Origin: an uncultured Micavibrio sp.
Lineage (GTDB): Bacteria; Pseudomonadota; Alphaproteobacteria; Micavibrionales; UBA2020
DNA length: 64,000 nucleotides
Assembly: GCA_964575605.1 (NCBI GenBank)
Contig: CAZNRN010000008.1
Coordinates: forward strand, 47,918-111,917
Reading direction: 5' to 3'
Shown here: positions 1 to 9,375 of the stretch, in pieces
Numbering within the stretch: position 1 is the stretch's first letter
Layout of the letters: every line of letters begins with the position of its first letter
Notes under the pieces: generated by a model
Told to the model about the DNA's origin: nothing
What the model saw: only the letters and a program-made list of their open reading frames with translations
Databases searched by the model: none
Translations under genes and position numbers: made by a program

Positions 1-935
1 GCCGTTTCACCGGCCACGCCCCACATGCTGGCCTCGCGCCCCGCCTGCCCCGCGCCGTCGATGAGAACATCGGCGTCGGCATGCATCAGGCGCACCTGCG
101 CGCCCTGCGGGATATCCCCCGCCAGGATGACGCTGCCCTCGTGCTGGTTCACGTTCACCAGCATGCGCACGATGCCGCTGTCCTGCCGGCTGTCGCCTTT
201 CAGGATGGACAGCGGATAAAGCAGCCCGCTGGCCGGCAGCTCCGCCGCCCTGTCGCCCAGGTATTCGCGGTAGACGTTCAGCGCGGGCTTGCTGTCCAGT
301 TCATACAGCACGTTACCCGCCGCGCGCGTCACGCGGCGCAAGGGGCCGAAGGATTTCCAGCCGCAGCGCGTGCCGTGCTTGACCGTCACATGGTCGCCGT
401 AAACGCCGAAGGCGACGGCGCGCGACTGCGATATCTTGCCGTTAAACAAAGTGTAGGTATTGGCAAAACCGGCGCCGTCGCCCGCCATGCCGCCCATCAC
501 GGTCACGCCCTTGTCGAAACTGCCGCCCAGGCCTTTAGCAAATGCCGCACCGTTGACGCGCAAGCCCGGCACCAGCGCGAAAACGCCTTTCAGCTTCGGC
601 CCCGCCAGCGCCTTGCCCAGCTGCTGGCCGGCATAATAGGATTCTTCCGGCGCGTTGACCGGTGCTTCCGCCACTTTCACCTGCGCTGTGTCGAAACGGA
701 TGCCCAGCGCCGAAATGCTGTCGCTGCGCGCGCGCGGGCCCAATATTTCACCGGCGGTCGAACAGCCCAGCACCTGGCAGCCCTGCAAAATCGCGCAGGC
801 CTCTTCCATCGGCTTTTCGTCTTTCCACAGGGCGGGCGTGGCGAAAACGACGGTAACCTGCGGCTTTATCGACGAGACTTTCAGCAGAGCCTCTTTCAGG
901 CCTGCGCGCGGCGCGGTGACGGCGATTGATTTCAT
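1..935 (-). CDS. FIST-domain signalling protein (5' part; 3' end beyond window start)
   Basis: Absent from the ORF track because it is open at the window edge. Manual minus-strand translation from the ATG (complement of 933-935) reads MKSIAVTAPRAGLKEALLKVSSIKPQVTVVFATPALW...QVLGCSTAGEILGP...MGGMAGDG. The register was checked codon by codon at 3-240 and 891-935 with no stops. GAGGAGG lies 5 nt upstream of the ATG. The GCSTAGEI motif is FIST_N-like. The listed + ORF 81..929 is its antisense shadow. Confidence 0.7.
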   Translation of the reverse strand, partial: MKSIAVTAPRAGLKEALLKVSSIKPQVTVVFATPALWKDEKPMEEACAILQGCQVLGCSTAGEILGPRARSDSISALGIRFDTAQVKVAEAPVNAPEESYYAGQQLGKALAGPKLKGVFALVPGLRVNGAAFAKGLGGSFDKGVTVMGGMAGDGAGFANTYTLFNGKISQSRAVAFGVYGDHVTVKHGTRCGWKSFGPLRRVTRAAGNVLYELDSKPALNVYREYLGDRAAELPASGLLYPLSILKGDSRQDSGIVRMLVNVNQHEGSVILAGDIPQGAQVRLMHADADVLIDGAGQAGREASMWGVAGET

Positions 936-945
936 CGTCGCCTCC

Positions 946-1476
946 TCAAGCCCTTGCGGCCTGCTCCTGCATGCGGATGTTGACGACGATCGCACCATCG
1001 TCCCCCTGCGGCGTGTGGCAGCGGAAATTCAGGTGCGCGGTGCCTTCGTCGTTACTGGGTTCATTCTGCGTCTTGGCGACGACGGGGATATCCATTTCGA
1101 AATCGAAACCGCGGCCGTTCAGGAAGGCCTTCACGCGCGAGCCCACGACGTTGGCGACGGCGCAGGCCATGTCCTCACAGATGGCGTCGATCGGCAGTTT
1201 CAGGGCTTCGACGGAGTAGGATTCTTTAGCGATCGTCAGCAGCAGGTCCTGCGCGAACTGGAAGCGGAATTCGACCAGCATACCGCCTTGCGCCAGCGTA
1301 ACGCGGCTGCAGATGTCCTGGCTGTCGCCGCTCATCAGCCCGTCGGCGGATTTCCAGCCCGTGATATCGCGGCTGAACATGGTGTCGAATGTGTCCGCCA
1401 TCGTCCTGCCAACGATGTCCGACACAAACGACTTCATGTCGCGGATATTCTCCAGGGGCTTCAACTGCGATGTCAC
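946..1476 (-). CDS. CheX/CheC-family chemotaxis phosphatase-like protein
   Basis: 176-aa ORF. The pattern ...DICSRVTLAQGGMLVEFRF...ICEDMACAVANVVGSRVKAFLNGRGFDFEMDIPVV matches the CheX layout as I recall it. It overlaps the upstream receiver gene by 4 nt and abuts the FIST gene. Confidence 0.7.
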   Translation of the reverse strand: MTSQLKPLENIRDMKSFVSDIVGRTMADTFDTMFSRDITGWKSADGLMSGDSQDICSRVTLAQGGMLVEFRFQFAQDLLLTIAKESYSVEALKLPIDAICEDMACAVANVVGSRVKAFLNGRGFDFEMDIPVVAKTQNEPSNDEGTAHLNFRCHTPQGDDGAIVVNIRMQEQAARA

Positions 1477-1898
1477 GCCTGCTGCCGCGCTTTCTCGGCG
1501 CGGCGTTCCATCCAGCCGATAACCTTGTTGACGTGTTCCTGCAAGATGCCGTCGGCGACGGGCTTGACGATGTACGACGTCGCGCCCGCTTTCAGCGCCT
1601 CGATGATATAGCGTTCCTCGGATTCGGCCGAGACGATGACGAAGGCTGTGCCGTCATAGGCTTTATCCTCCCGGCACTGCTGCATCAGGTGGTAACCGCT
1701 TTTGCCCGGCATGTTCCAGTCGAGGAAAATAATGTTGTATGGCGTGGCCGCCATCCTGTCCGTCGCTTCCTTGACGTTCGAGGCCTGGTCGACATGGGCG
1801 CAGCCCATGCCTTTTAACTGGCGTTCGATGTCGCAGCGGATGAGCATATGGTCATCGACGACGAGCACTTTCATTTCTGCAATATTAGGCTTGGTCAT
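1473..1898 (-). CDS. single-domain CheY-like response regulator
   Basis: Receiver motifs are KVLVVDDH, FLDWNMPGKSG and YIVKP. I prefer the start at MTKPN (complement of 1896-1898), which has GGAGGG 9 nt upstream. The ORF track extends to 1934. Confidence 0.85.
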   Translation of the reverse strand: MTKPNIAEMKVLVVDDHMLIRCDIERQLKGMGCAHVDQASNVKEATDRMAATPYNIIFLDWNMPGKSGYHLMQQCREDKAYDGTAFVIVSAESEERYIIEALKAGATSYIVKPVADGILQEHVNKVIGWMERRAEKARQQA

Positions 1899-1966
1899 GG
1901 CTTTAGCCCTCCAGGTTAAAGCATACCCGAGCAATGCCTAATAAAGCTATAATATGATTATGTAAT

Positions 1967-3226
1967 TTACTTTTCCACGTAGTCGAGGTCGTCGTGGAAA
2001 GTCTCCTTCACCATGAAAACGCCCAGGAAGGCCAGCGCCATGACGACCGCGAAGACCGCAAGGCCCCCGCCCGTGACGCCAAGCGCCGGAATTAGCGCGC
2101 GGAAGGCCTGCGTTATGGGTATCGCAAGCCCGCGCGCCACGTTCGGCACGCTTGTCGCGGCGGTCGCGCGCAGGTTGGTGCCGAACTGCTCAGCGCCGAT
2201 CTGCACGAACATGCACCAGTACCCGGCGCCGATGCCCAGCAGCAGGCAATAGGCATTGAACTGCAGCAGCGACTGCGGCTTCACGCCCGTGAACACCAGC
2301 ATTGAAAAGACAAGGAACCCCAGCGACAGCGCAATCGCCTTGCGACGGCTTTGCAGGTACTGGCTGACCAGTCCCGTGATCATGTCGCCGATGGCAAGGC
2401 CGATGTAGCAGTACAAAACCGCATTTGCGACGGTCGGCACATCGGGCATGCCGAAATCTTTCGCGAACTCCGGCGCAAAGGTGATGAAGACGCCCACCAC
2501 GCACCAGGTCGGCGCGCCCACCAGCAGCACGGCCGCATAGCGGCGGAAGAGGTCGAGGTCCTTGAAGAACATCAGGATATTGCCGCGCTTGACCTTGGCG
2601 CCCTGTTCTTCGACCTTTTTATACATGCCGGATTCACGCACGCCCATGCGCAGGGCCAGCAGCAGGAAACCCATCACACCGCCGACAAGGTAGGCTTCGC
2701 GCCACGTCACGAAGTGGACGAGGATGCCAGCCGCCGTGGCGCCCAATACACCAATCGTCGCGATAAAGGTGGTGCCAAGGCCGCGGAGCTTGCGCGGCAG
2801 CAGCTCGGAGGCCAGCGTCACGCCCACGCCCAGTTCCCCCGCAAGGCCGATGCCGGTGATAAATCGCAGGATCGCGTATTGCGTCACATCCTGCACGAAA
2901 GAATTCGCGATATTGCCGAGCGAGTACAGAACGATAGAACCGAACAGCACGGAAAGGCGGCCGAATTTGTCCCCCGCCACGCCCCAGAGGAAGCCGCCCA
3001 GCAGCAGCCCCGCCATCTGCGCATTCAGCAGCAGCACGCCCTGGTCGAGCAGCTGAGCTTCGGGAACGCCCAGGTCTTTCAGGCTGGGCACGCGTAAAAT
3101 ATTGAACAAAAGCAGGTCGAAAACATCGACGAAATAGCCGAAGGCGGCCACCAGAATGGTCAGCACGACCATCTTGTCCGCCATCAAACGCGCGATTGCG
3201 CCCTTGTCCGCCGTGGTATCGGTCAT
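1967..3226 (-). CDS. MFS transporter
   Basis: 419 aa with about 12 hydrophobic segments and an MFS loop motif GDKFGR. Substrate unknown. Confidence 0.8.
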   Translation of the reverse strand: MTDTTADKGAIARLMADKMVVLTILVAAFGYFVDVFDLLLFNILRVPSLKDLGVPEAQLLDQGVLLLNAQMAGLLLGGFLWGVAGDKFGRLSVLFGSIVLYSLGNIANSFVQDVTQYAILRFITGIGLAGELGVGVTLASELLPRKLRGLGTTFIATIGVLGATAAGILVHFVTWREAYLVGGVMGFLLLALRMGVRESGMYKKVEEQGAKVKRGNILMFFKDLDLFRRYAAVLLVGAPTWCVVGVFITFAPEFAKDFGMPDVPTVANAVLYCYIGLAIGDMITGLVSQYLQSRRKAIALSLGFLVFSMLVFTGVKPQSLLQFNAYCLLLGIGAGYWCMFVQIGAEQFGTNLRATAATSVPNVARGLAIPITQAFRALIPALGVTGGGLAVFAVVMALAFLGVFMVKETFHDDLDYVEK

Positions 3227-3353
3227 AATAAAGCCTTTGTAAAATGAGCCGCGCCCTTATACCATAGGCTCGATAGGGCAAAAAGACACGATAAGCATCA
3301 GGGCAAGCTATTGGAATCGATTGATAATTCTATAGTAATGCTTTCGTGGTAAA

Positions 3354-3818
3354 ATGGAAAAAGAGAGAAATAGCAAGGATAAGTCCATGCAAGACGCCCC
3401 CCAATCCGACAATTCCCTGCCCCAGCCCGTGAATATTCTGCTGGTCGAGGACGACGAGGTCGACGCCGAGCTGGTCGCCCGCGTGCTCCGCCGCGAGAAG
3501 ATTTCCAACCCCTTTTTCACCGCCACCGACGGGGTCGAGGCGCTGAACCTGCTCAAGGGCCAGACCGCGCCGCAGCAACCCTGCCTTGTGCTGCTCGACA
3601 TCAACATGCCGCGCATGGACGGGTTCCAGCTGCTGGACGCCATGAAGAACGACGAGACGATGAAGAACAACGTCGTTTTCATGCTCACAACCTCCGGCCG
3701 CGACGAGGACAAGCGGCGCGCCGAGAAGATGGACGCCAAGGGATATATTTTAAAAGAAAACACCGGCGCGCTAGTCGACATTTTGCGCCGTTATTGCCAC
3801 GCCGTTAACAAGGCCTGA
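3354..3818 (+). CDS. single-domain response regulator
   Basis: Receiver motifs are ILLVEDDEVD, LLDINMPRMDG and GYILKE. Sits 24 nt upstream of the histidine kinase gene. Confidence 0.85.
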   Translation: MEKERNSKDKSMQDAPQSDNSLPQPVNILLVEDDEVDAELVARVLRREKISNPFFTATDGVEALNLLKGQTAPQQPCLVLLDINMPRMDGFQLLDAMKNDETMKNNVVFMLTTSGRDEDKRRAEKMDAKGYILKENTGALVDILRRYCHAVNKA

Positions 3819-3842
3819 CAAGCGCCTTACACCGGGGACGCC

Positions 3843-5078
3843 ATGCCGACGACACCTTCGCTGCCCGCCGAAGCCGCCAACGCCAACCCGCAACCCGCGC
3901 TCCAGCGCCTGGTCGGCGTCGTCAAGGAACTGTCGCTGGCCCGCGACCTCGACAGCATCATGAGCGTCGTGCGCATCGCCGCCCGCGAGATGACCGGCGC
4001 AGACGGCGCGACTTTCGTGCTGAAGGACGACGACAAATGTTTTTATGCCGAAGAAAACGCGATCAGCCCCCTGTGGAAGGGCCAGCGCTTCCCGCTTAAA
4101 AGCTGCATCAGCGGCTGGGCGATGCTGAACAAGCAGCCCGCGATCATCGAGGATATTTACAACGACCCGCGCGTACCGATCGAGGCCTATAAACCAACCT
4201 TCGTCAAAAGCCTCGCCATGGTGCCCATACGCAAGGAACAGCCGGTCGGCGCCATCGGCAATTACTGGGCCACGCGCCGCCAGCCGACGGAGGAAGAGAT
4301 CGGCCTGCTGCAGGCGCTGGCCGACGTCACCTCGGTCGCCATCGAGAATGTCGGGCTTTACGCCGAGCTGCAGAAAAAAGTGAAATCGCTGGAGGACTCG
4401 AACGAGGAACTGGCGCGCTTCGCCTGGATCGCCTCGCACGACCTGAAATCGCCGCTGCATTCCATCGCCAACCTGACGACATGGATCGAGGAAGACGCGG
4501 GAGACACCCTGCCCCCGCAAAGCCGGACGCACCTCGGCCAGATGCGCCGCCGCGTCCAGCGCATGGAAAAACTGCTCGACGACCTGCTGGAATATTCGAA
4601 AATCGAAAGCAAGCTGGGCGAATCCCCTATGCCGTTGCTGGACGGCGAGGAGCTGATGGCGCATGTGCGCGACTGCGTGAATATCAGGGACGGCTTTACG
4701 CTCGAGGTGTCGCCCGCCTTCAAGGGCATGCGTCTGCCCGCGATGCCGCTGGAGCGGGTTTTCGCCAACCTGATCGACAACGCCATCAAGCACCATGACA
4801 AAACATTCGGCACCGTGCGCGTCACGGCGGAAGAAACGGAATCACATTACGTCTTTACCGTCGCCGACGACGGCCCCGGCATCCCGCCGCAGTTCCATGG
4901 CAAGGTGTTCGAGCTGTTCCAGACGCTGAAGCCGCGCGACAAGGTGGAGGGCAGCGGTATAGGCCTGACCATCGTCAGGAAAATGCTGAACACCCACGGT
5001 TCCGATATCACCCTCATGTCGCAGGGGCGCGGCACGGCCTTCCGCTTCGCCTGGCCGAAACCGCTCCGCCTGACGTAA
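3843..5078 (+). CDS. GAF-domain sensor histidine kinase
   Basis: N-terminal GAF-like region, H-box FAWIASHDLKSPL, N-box NLIDNAIKH, G1 DDGPGI and G2 GSGIGL. Confidence 0.85.
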   Translation: MPTTPSLPAEAANANPQPALQRLVGVVKELSLARDLDSIMSVVRIAAREMTGADGATFVLKDDDKCFYAEENAISPLWKGQRFPLKSCISGWAMLNKQPAIIEDIYNDPRVPIEAYKPTFVKSLAMVPIRKEQPVGAIGNYWATRRQPTEEEIGLLQALADVTSVAIENVGLYAELQKKVKSLEDSNEELARFAWIASHDLKSPLHSIANLTTWIEEDAGDTLPPQSRTHLGQMRRRVQRMEKLLDDLLEYSKIESKLGESPMPLLDGEELMAHVRDCVNIRDGFTLEVSPAFKGMRLPAMPLERVFANLIDNAIKHHDKTFGTVRVTAEETESHYVFTVADDGPGIPPQFHGKVFELFQTLKPRDKVEGSGIGLTIVRKMLNTHGSDITLMSQGRGTAFRFAWPKPLRLT

Positions 5079-5085
5079 TTATCCC

Positions 5086-7143
5086 TTAAGCGCCGAACTT
5101 GCTCTTGGCGTCTTTGCCGCCGGCGTCCTGCTGGTTCAGCATTTTTGCGAGCAATACCTGCACAAGTCCGCCGCCCGAGCCGTCGGCGCCGGTGCCGTTG
5201 GCGGCGCCCGTAACCATGATGTCGGGCGTGATTTTGAGGCCCGCGACCGAGATCGATTTCATGATCTCGACCGAGGTCACGCCGGGTGCGGTAAGCGCGC
5301 TGGCCTGGTCGCGGTAGGCCTTGGCCTGCGCCTCGCCCTTCGCCTGGATGATCGAGGCTTCGGCATCACCGGTCTGTTTGATGCGCGTCGCTTCGGCCTC
5401 GGCCAGCATCCTCACCCGCGCCGCGTCGCCGCGTGCGCGTTCTTCGGTCTGTTTGGCTTCGTGCTGCGCGACCAAAATGCCGGCCTCGGCGGTGATGATC
5501 TTCACCTGCTGGTCGGCTTCGGTCTTGGTCTTTTCGAACTGGACGCGGCGCGTCTCGGCCTCTTTCTTGGCGTCGTACATCGATTTTTCCTGCTCGGCCA
5601 GGTTCTTCTGCTGCGTCGTGCGCATCAGGGCCTCGGGCAGGTGGATGTTCGTCACCATCACCGAGACGATATCGACGCGGTATTTGGTGAGGTCGTTGCG
5701 CACGGCCTCTTCGGCCATTTTCTGTTCTTCCGCGCGGTTCTGCTGGTAGGCGATGGCGGGGGAACGCGCGACCTGCGCCCTGAAGATACCGTCGATCTGC
5801 GGGTGCAGCACGTTTCCTTCCAGCTGCGAGACCGAGCCGATTTTCTGCACCACATAAGGCGCGTTTTCGGGCAGGATACGGTACTGGCAGCGCACTTCCA
5901 CCTTCATCGGGAAGCCGTCGTGCGAGACGACCTCGAAGGGATCGAAGCTTTCCGCGCCGTCGGACTGGTTGTCTTCCGCGCTCCATTCCACCGACCGCGT
6001 CACGGTCGGGATGATGATGACGGAATAGGCGAGCGGGTTGATGTTATAGGCGCCGGGCCCCAGCACTTCGCGCTGGATGCCGCGGAAACCTTTCGAGACC
6101 ACGTGCCTTGTCTTGCCCTTGTCGTCGGAGGCGTCTTCACCCGCCACGGTCTTGTATTCCGACGGGTCCTTGCCGATGTTCGAGATCATCACGCCGACCT
6201 CGCCCTGTTTCACGATCGTCTGCTTGTGGCGGGAAACCGAAAACAGGTAAGGGTTGATGTAATACATACCGGGCGTCAGGATATTTTCCTGGGGCCCTCG
6301 CTGGCCGCCGTTGTCGAGGAATTTCTGGCCGTTCTGGAAGTTTTCATGCTCGGCCGGGGTCTGCACGACGACTTCGTGCTCGTTCATGGGCAGGCCGTCC
6401 CTGGCCTCGACCACGCCGATTTCGTTCTCGCCCACCTGCACGGCGTCCTTGATCTCGACCTCGAAAATCTCGGTGTTGATGTTATAGGTGCCGGGGCGCA
6501 GGAAGTCGATCTGCGGGCCCTTTTGCCCGCCGTTTTTCAGGAAGGCCTCGGCCTTCTGGAAGTTGTCATGGCCCGCGACGCTATGGCCCAGCAGGCTGTT
6601 GAGCGGCGCGCCGTCGGCTGCCGTCACGACGCCGATCTTGCCCTCGGGGATGAAGGTTTTCTTGATCTTCGTCACCTTGAAGAGGAAGGGGTTGATCTTG
6701 AAAGTGCCGTTAGTCAGGAAGCGCAGCTGTTTGCCGCGGATGCCGCCGTTTTTAAGGAAGGCGCCGGGGTCCTGGAAGTTGTTGTGCGTGTTGCCGGCCG
6801 GGTCCTCGGCGAAAATGCGGCCCGCGGGCAGCGTCTGCCCGTCGGCGGCGTCGACGATGCCAAGCTCATCCGCGCCGATGACGAGGAACTGGGGCTTGTA
6901 TTCGACGATCATGATCGGCCATGCGATAAAATGCAGGCCGGGCGCAAGGTAAGCGGCTTTGCGGCCGACCTCGCCCTCAAGGGCGAAGACGTGGCCCGCG
7001 GCAAGCTCCTTGCCGAAGAATCGCCGCTCCAGCACCGCGATCTGGTTGGAGCCGACGTTGACGAGGAACCGCGTCAGCAAAAATATGCCGAGCGAAATGC
7101 CGATGACGATGTAGAAGAATTGCGCTGAAAGAATGTTTTCCAT
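5086..7143 (-). CDS. SPFH/flotillin-family membrane protein (YqiK-like) with repeated N-terminal modules
   Basis: 685 aa. It has an N-terminal TM helix, four repeated ~73-aa modules, and then an SPFH core with an E/A/K/Q-rich flotillin-type coiled coil (AEQEKSMYDAKKEAETRRVQFEKTKTEADQQ...). Confidence 0.8.
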   Translation of the reverse strand: MENILSAQFFYIVIGISLGIFLLTRFLVNVGSNQIAVLERRFFGKELAAGHVFALEGEVGRKAAYLAPGLHFIAWPIMIVEYKPQFLVIGADELGIVDAADGQTLPAGRIFAEDPAGNTHNNFQDPGAFLKNGGIRGKQLRFLTNGTFKINPFLFKVTKIKKTFIPEGKIGVVTAADGAPLNSLLGHSVAGHDNFQKAEAFLKNGGQKGPQIDFLRPGTYNINTEIFEVEIKDAVQVGENEIGVVEARDGLPMNEHEVVVQTPAEHENFQNGQKFLDNGGQRGPQENILTPGMYYINPYLFSVSRHKQTIVKQGEVGVMISNIGKDPSEYKTVAGEDASDDKGKTRHVVSKGFRGIQREVLGPGAYNINPLAYSVIIIPTVTRSVEWSAEDNQSDGAESFDPFEVVSHDGFPMKVEVRCQYRILPENAPYVVQKIGSVSQLEGNVLHPQIDGIFRAQVARSPAIAYQQNRAEEQKMAEEAVRNDLTKYRVDIVSVMVTNIHLPEALMRTTQQKNLAEQEKSMYDAKKEAETRRVQFEKTKTEADQQVKIITAEAGILVAQHEAKQTEERARGDAARVRMLAEAEATRIKQTGDAEASIIQAKGEAQAKAYRDQASALTAPGVTSVEIMKSISVAGLKITPDIMVTGAANGTGADGSGGGLVQVLLAKMLNQQDAGGKDAKSKFGA

Positions 7144-7265
7144 TTGCCCTTAACTCCAGAAAAGCCTGCCCTGCTCCGGCATCATGGACTTTAGACAAAA
7201 GACGTTAACAAAACCTTGTCTGCACATAACGCGCAAACAGGCGGCCGATTAAGGCAAAAGTCTTT

Positions 7266-8150
7266 TCACTGTTTCAGGATTTTCGCCAGTTTTTCACGCA
7301 GGGCGGGGGCAAGTTCGGGGCGCTGCAGGCCGTAGGCGACGCTGGCCTCGATGAAACCGGCGCACTGGCCGCAGTCGAATCGCTCGCCCTCGAACTGGAA
7401 GCCGTAGACCGGTTTGCTTTTCGCGAGGCGCGAGATGGCGTCGGTCAGCTGGATTTCTTTTTTGTCGATGCGCGTCGAACACATGTTGTCGAGGATCGGG
7501 AAGATTTCAGGCTGCAGGATATAACGGCCGATGATGGCGGTGGTGGATGGCGCCTTGTCGCGCGGCGGTTTTTCGACCAGCGATTTCACGCGCAGGTGGC
7601 CTTTTTCCGGGGTGCCATCGATAACGCCGTACAAACTCACCTGGTCCGGCGCGACGTTTTGCGCGGCGATGAGGCTGGAGCCTTCTTCCGCTTCGGCGAA
7701 TTCAACCATCTGCTTCAGCACGCCCTTGCCCTTGCACAGTATCGCATCATCGGGCAGCAGCACCGCGAAGGGGCGCGGGCCCACGACGCCCTGCGCCACA
7801 TACACGGCATGTCCCAAACCGAGCGGCTCGTCCTGATAGACGATTTTCACCGCGCTTTCGGGCAGCGAGCAGTCGCGCATCAGCTTCGCGAAGCCGCCCT
7901 TGCCGAGGCCTTCAAGATAGGCCTCAAGCTCCGGCATGCGGGAGAAATGTTTTTCGATGGCGGATTTGCGGTGCGAGGAGACGAAGACGAATTCCTCGAA
8001 CCCGGCCTCCAGCGCTTCCTCGACCGCGTATTGCAGCAAGGGCTTGTCGACGAGCGGGAACAGCTCCTTCGGCACGGTCTTGGTCGCGGGCAGGAAGCGT
8101 GTTGCCAGCCCGGCCACAGGAAATACGATTTTTTTGATTTTCTCCGCCAT
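7266..8150 (-). CDS. galU: UTP--glucose-1-phosphate uridylyltransferase
   Basis: N-terminus VFPVAGLATRFLPATKTVPKELFPLVDKPLLQY is the classic GalU signature. 294 aa. Confidence 0.9.
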   Translation of the reverse strand: MAEKIKKIVFPVAGLATRFLPATKTVPKELFPLVDKPLLQYAVEEALEAGFEEFVFVSSHRKSAIEKHFSRMPELEAYLEGLGKGGFAKLMRDCSLPESAVKIVYQDEPLGLGHAVYVAQGVVGPRPFAVLLPDDAILCKGKGVLKQMVEFAEAEEGSSLIAAQNVAPDQVSLYGVIDGTPEKGHLRVKSLVEKPPRDKAPSTTAIIGRYILQPEIFPILDNMCSTRIDKKEIQLTDAISRLAKSKPVYGFQFEGERFDCGQCAGFIEASVAYGLQRPELAPALREKLAKILKQ

Positions 8151-8277
8151 GGTTATCCCTTATACCGCAGCATCCATGCCTTTGATAAGGCGGTATAAAT
8201 TTTATTTTACATAGAATACTTGATGTAGCCGGCTGTTACGGCTAAACAAGACACTCCGGAAAATAGAAGAGGCCGCC

Positions 8278-9285
8278 ATGACATCACACAAAGTCGTCAT
8301 TTCCCGCACGTCAGAAGACACCGGTTATTTCGAGATCAAGGACCCCAGCGTCGTGAAGGCGCAGGACGGCTATTATATGTATTGCAGCCTCGGCACCTCG
8401 GTCACCCAGCAATGGGTCATCGGCCGTTTCAAGGCGGAGCACCCCGGCGGGCCGTGGCAGGAACTGCCGCATGCGAAACTGACCGGCGTCGAGGGCGGCG
8501 AGGTTTGCGCGCCCGCGGTCGTGCTGGAGGAAAAAGACGGCAAGCCCGTCTGGAAGATGTATGTGCAGAACACCTGCTTCAGCGAAAACGGCATTATCGC
8601 GCTGGCTGAATCGGAAGACGGCGAGCATTTCACCGCGCTGCCGCCCGCCATGACCGCCGCCGACGTGCCCCGGGGCGATGTGCCCGTCGTGGGGCTTTAC
8701 GATGTCGCGGTGTCTGATGTTGAAAAAGACGGCAGGGCTTATGAATGCATGGCTTTCTCCGCCTACCGCCGCGTGGGCTGCGGCGATGTTTATTTATCGT
8801 TCCGCGAAAAAGGTGCGGCCGCATGGGACGAACCTGTGCTGGCGCTGAAACAGGAAGATGTGCCCTTCCACAACCGCCCTTCCGCGCCCAATTTCGAATG
8901 GGGGCTGGAGGGCGCGAAGGTGGTGCAGCTGGCTGATGATGCCTTCCTGATGGTCGGCGTCGCCTTCCTCGACAAAAGCAACGACGAACGCGGAACGCGC
9001 CAGCGTGTTTTTCTCGCCGCATCGAAAACGCCGGGCGGGCCCTATACCGCCATGAATACGCCGATAGAGCCGACAGCATATCCTGAAGGCAAAGGCGAGA
9101 ACGGCCATCCTGACACCGTTGACATGGACGGCAAGCTTGGCCTGCTCTATCAGGAGCGCGCGGGCGAAGGCAAACCCTGGCACCTGCGCTACACGGAAAT
9201 GGACAAGGCGGAATTGCTGGCCGATGTACGCGCCGCGCTCGCGCCGAAAACCCATTACGTCAAAGCCGCCGCACCGAAGCCGTGA
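8278..9285 (+). CDS. hypothetical protein (possibly a beta-propeller glycoside-hydrolase-like fold; weak)
   Basis: 335-aa ORF with normal composition, divergent from galU. FEIKDPSVVKAQDGYYMYCS resembles the first blade of GH43/GH32-type propellers, but I cannot confirm this. Confidence 0.55.
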   Translation: MTSHKVVISRTSEDTGYFEIKDPSVVKAQDGYYMYCSLGTSVTQQWVIGRFKAEHPGGPWQELPHAKLTGVEGGEVCAPAVVLEEKDGKPVWKMYVQNTCFSENGIIALAESEDGEHFTALPPAMTAADVPRGDVPVVGLYDVAVSDVEKDGRAYECMAFSAYRRVGCGDVYLSFREKGAAAWDEPVLALKQEDVPFHNRPSAPNFEWGLEGAKVVQLADDAFLMVGVAFLDKSNDERGTRQRVFLAASKTPGGPYTAMNTPIEPTAYPEGKGENGHPDTVDMDGKLGLLYQERAGEGKPWHLRYTEMDKAELLADVRAALAPKTHYVKAAAPKP

Positions 9286-9375
9286 TCCTTTAAAAACCGT
9301 TACCCAATTTTAATAATTGGTTTGCTAGAGTAATGGCTCAGCCCCCATTCCTGCGGGGCGCGGGAGCATCAGCAC

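Noticed and set aside
81-929. 282-aa + strand ORF at the window start
   Set aside because: It is rich in Arg/Ala/Gly/His and lies exactly antisense, in register, to the FIST-domain gene, whose translation has recognisable motifs. This is a typical high-GC shadow ORF.
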